Below, in pieces: positions 15,153 through 16,921 of a stretch of 16,921 nt of DNA. This DNA is from Bdellovibrionales bacterium (lineage in GTDB: Bacteria > Bdellovibrionota > Bdellovibrionia > Bdellovibrionales > DASUEL01). Under the pieces are notes generated by a model. It searched no databases. It saw only the letters and a program-made list of their open reading frames with translations, and was not told the DNA's origin. The DNA is taken from contig JBFWOZ010000056.1 in NCBI GenBank assembly GCA_050250255.1, positions 1 through 16,921 of the forward strand, in the 5' to 3' direction. The position numbers and the translations under genes were made by a program. Each line of letters opens with the position of its first letter. Position 1 is the stretch's first letter.

Positions 15153-16688
15153 TCAGTGTTTAAAGTGCCGACGTCCTGTTAAAATCATATTTATCCCGTG
15201 GTCACGAGCCGACTGAATAACTTCCTCGTCTTTGATCGAACCCCCGGGCTGAATAATCCATTTTACTTTTGCTTTCGCGCTGAAGTCCACCGAATCTGCA
15301 AAGGGAAAAAAACCATCGCTCGCCAAGATGAGCTCCCCTTGCTGTGCAATCGCCGCGTGATGGTGGAAAGCTCTTTCAATCGCATGTTTTACGGAGTCGA
15401 TGCGATTCACTTGGCCCATACCTAAGCCTAGGGTTTGACCGTTTTTGATAATCGAGATCGCATTACTTTTTAATTGGCGACAAACGTTCCATGCGAGCAG
15501 CAAATCCTGTTTTTGCTGGGTATTGGGTGCTTGGCCAATGATCTTCCAGTCTTCGCTCCAGGTATCGTCAGAGTCTGGTGCCTGAACCAGCCAGCCACCG
15601 GTGATGGGTTTGATTTCCCAAGAGAAAGATGCGTTTTGCTTAAGAACCTTTGTGAAGTCCCACTGGAGAATTCGTAGGTTCTTCTTTTTTTGGAAGATCG
15701 CTTGAGCTTCTGAGGTGAAGGAAGGCGCCACGATACATTCTAAGAAAATGGGACTTAAAGTTTCGGCGGCCGGTCCATCGACAGGTTGGTTGATGGCCAC
15801 GATTCCACCAAAGATACTGACGGGATCGGCTTTGAGCATTTTGTCGGTAGCCTCTTGAACGGATTTTCCTAAAGCCACGCCACAAGGGTTATTGTGTTTC
15901 ACACCGGCCGCACCAATGTGCGGAAGCAAGGGACAAGAGCGAATAGCCGCTTCAAGATCAAGGAGATTATTGTAAGAGAGTTCTTTTCCCTGAAGAAGCT
16001 TCGCTTCGTGCCAACCGTTTTGGCCGGGAGATCGATACCAGAGCGCGGGCTGGTGAGGATTTTCTCCGTAACGAAGACTTTGGATTTTTTTACCACCAAA
16101 AGAGAGATCGTTTTCGATAACTCCACCACAAAGATTTTGAGCCACCATCGCATCGTAGGCGGAGCAATGAAAGTACACTTTTGCAGCGAGAGATTTACGG
16201 AGCTCAAGAGAATTTGAGTCGGAGACTTTTGCATAGTCGGCAGGATCACAAACGACTGCTATTGTGCTGAAGTTTTTTGCAGCCGCACGAAGAAGGCTCG
16301 GACCACCCACATCAATGTATTCAATAAGTTCATGCTCGGGCAGATTTTTCTTGAGCGACTCTTCAAAGGGATAGAGATTTCCGATGACGAGGTCGAAAGG
16401 TTCGAGCTCAAACTTTTTAAGAAGCTGCATATCTTCGGAAACATTTTGACGGGCCAAAAGAGCCATATGAATATTGGGATGAAGCGTTCGCACCCGACCA
16501 TCCATCACTTCAGGAAATCCCGTTTGCTCGGCGACTTCGACAACTTTCAAACCGTTATCGCGGAGATGTTTCGCAGTTCCTCCGGTGGAGACGATTCTTA
16601 AGCCTTGGGCTTGAAGTGGCTTAAGAAAATCGACGAGGCCTGCTTTATCGGACACACTCACCAAGGCATTTTTAAATTTTGTTGGCAT
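15153..16688 (-). CDS. purH: Bifunctional AICAR transformylase / IMP cyclohydrolase
   Basis: ALVSVSDKAGL, STGGTA, TGFPEVMDGRVRTLHP, LRYGENPHQ, GKELSYNN, KHNNPCG, KSNAI, GMGQVNR, ASDGFFPF, IQPGGS..D, RHFKH. Confidence 0.98.
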   Translation of the reverse strand: MPTKFKNALVSVSDKAGLVDFLKPLQAQGLRIVSTGGTAKHLRDNGLKVVEVAEQTGFPEVMDGRVRTLHPNIHMALLARQNVSEDMQLLKKFELEPFDLVIGNLYPFEESLKKNLPEHELIEYIDVGGPSLLRAAAKNFSTIAVVCDPADYAKVSDSNSLELRKSLAAKVYFHCSAYDAMVAQNLCGGVIENDLSFGGKKIQSLRYGENPHQPALWYRSPGQNGWHEAKLLQGKELSYNNLLDLEAAIRSCPLLPHIGAAGVKHNNPCGVALGKSVQEATDKMLKADPVSIFGGIVAINQPVDGPAAETLSPIFLECIVAPSFTSEAQAIFQKKKNLRILQWDFTKVLKQNASFSWEIKPITGGWLVQAPDSDDTWSEDWKIIGQAPNTQQKQDLLLAWNVCRQLKSNAISIIKNGQTLGLGMGQVNRIDSVKHAIERAFHHHAAIAQQGELILASDGFFPFADSVDFSAKAKVKWIIQPGGSIKDEEVIQSARDHGINMILTGRRHFKH

Positions 16689-16784
16689 ATCGGTACTGTA
16701 AGTTCCTCCGCCTATTTTTAAAAGCTCTTTCCTAAAAGGTGCGCCGCTCCTTTTTGTAGCGAGGGTGCGTTAAGAAGAGTACTT

Positions 16785-16921
16785 GTGAGTCAAACATCCA
16801 TCTATGAAGAAGTCGGTCAAGTAAATAAACTTTGGCCTCTGCAGACTTTTTATTTACTGCCGTTTTGGGTCTTCGGGTGGGTGGTTAAGTCAGGGCTTCT
16901 CATTTTTTATCCGTTCTTTAT
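16785..16921 (+). CDS. 5' fragment of a probable membrane protein, running off the window
   Basis: GTG 16785 opens MSQTSIYEEVGQVNKLWPLQTFYLLPFWVFGWVVKSGLLIFYPFF with no stop before the window end; hydrophobic segment; divergent from purH. Confidence 0.45.
   Translation, partial: MSQTSIYEEVGQVNKLWPLQTFYLLPFWVFGWVVKSGLLIFYPFF

Noticed and set aside
16825..16903. Short minus-strand ORF (MRSPDLTTHPKTQNGSK, coordinates approximate) as a purH leader peptide
   Set aside because: No attenuator structure or relevant codon bias; antisense to a more plausible + strand CDS.
16689..16921. Possible ZTP (pfl) or purine riboswitch upstream of purH
   Set aside because: ZTP hallmark segments (GACUGGCG...GUGG...CCAC, CGCCUGGG) are not present on the minus strand; only a weak hairpin near 16741-16768.

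Overview
Gene-dense bacterial window. Protein styles suggest a Bdellovibrionota-like predatory organism (inference only). Left to right: a stand-alone HUH/Y1 tyrosine transposase of RAYT type (24..725 +); a membrane-bound HAMP-GGDEF diguanylate cyclase (-) with a candidate sigma28 promoter; a HAD hydrolase-ttcA-rsmI operon (-); a divergent phnD-phnC-phnE ABC transporter operon (+) with no catabolic phn genes in the window; a 92-bp near-perfect hairpin (two identical 34-bp inverted arms, REPIN-like) containing the stop codons of both flanking genes; a ~719-aa secreted protein with 22 Cys (-); and a tightly packed minus-strand operon purH > Zn-ribbon/GYF-like/TM/TPR protein > lipoprotein > class IV aminotransferase > cysE. 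A probable membrane-protein gene starts at ~16785 (+) and runs off the window. No rRNA, tRNA or CRISPR array was seen. The best candidates for something new are a RAYT/REPIN-type repeat system with an unusual REP and a Zn-GYF-TM-TPR plus lipoprotein trans-envelope pair.
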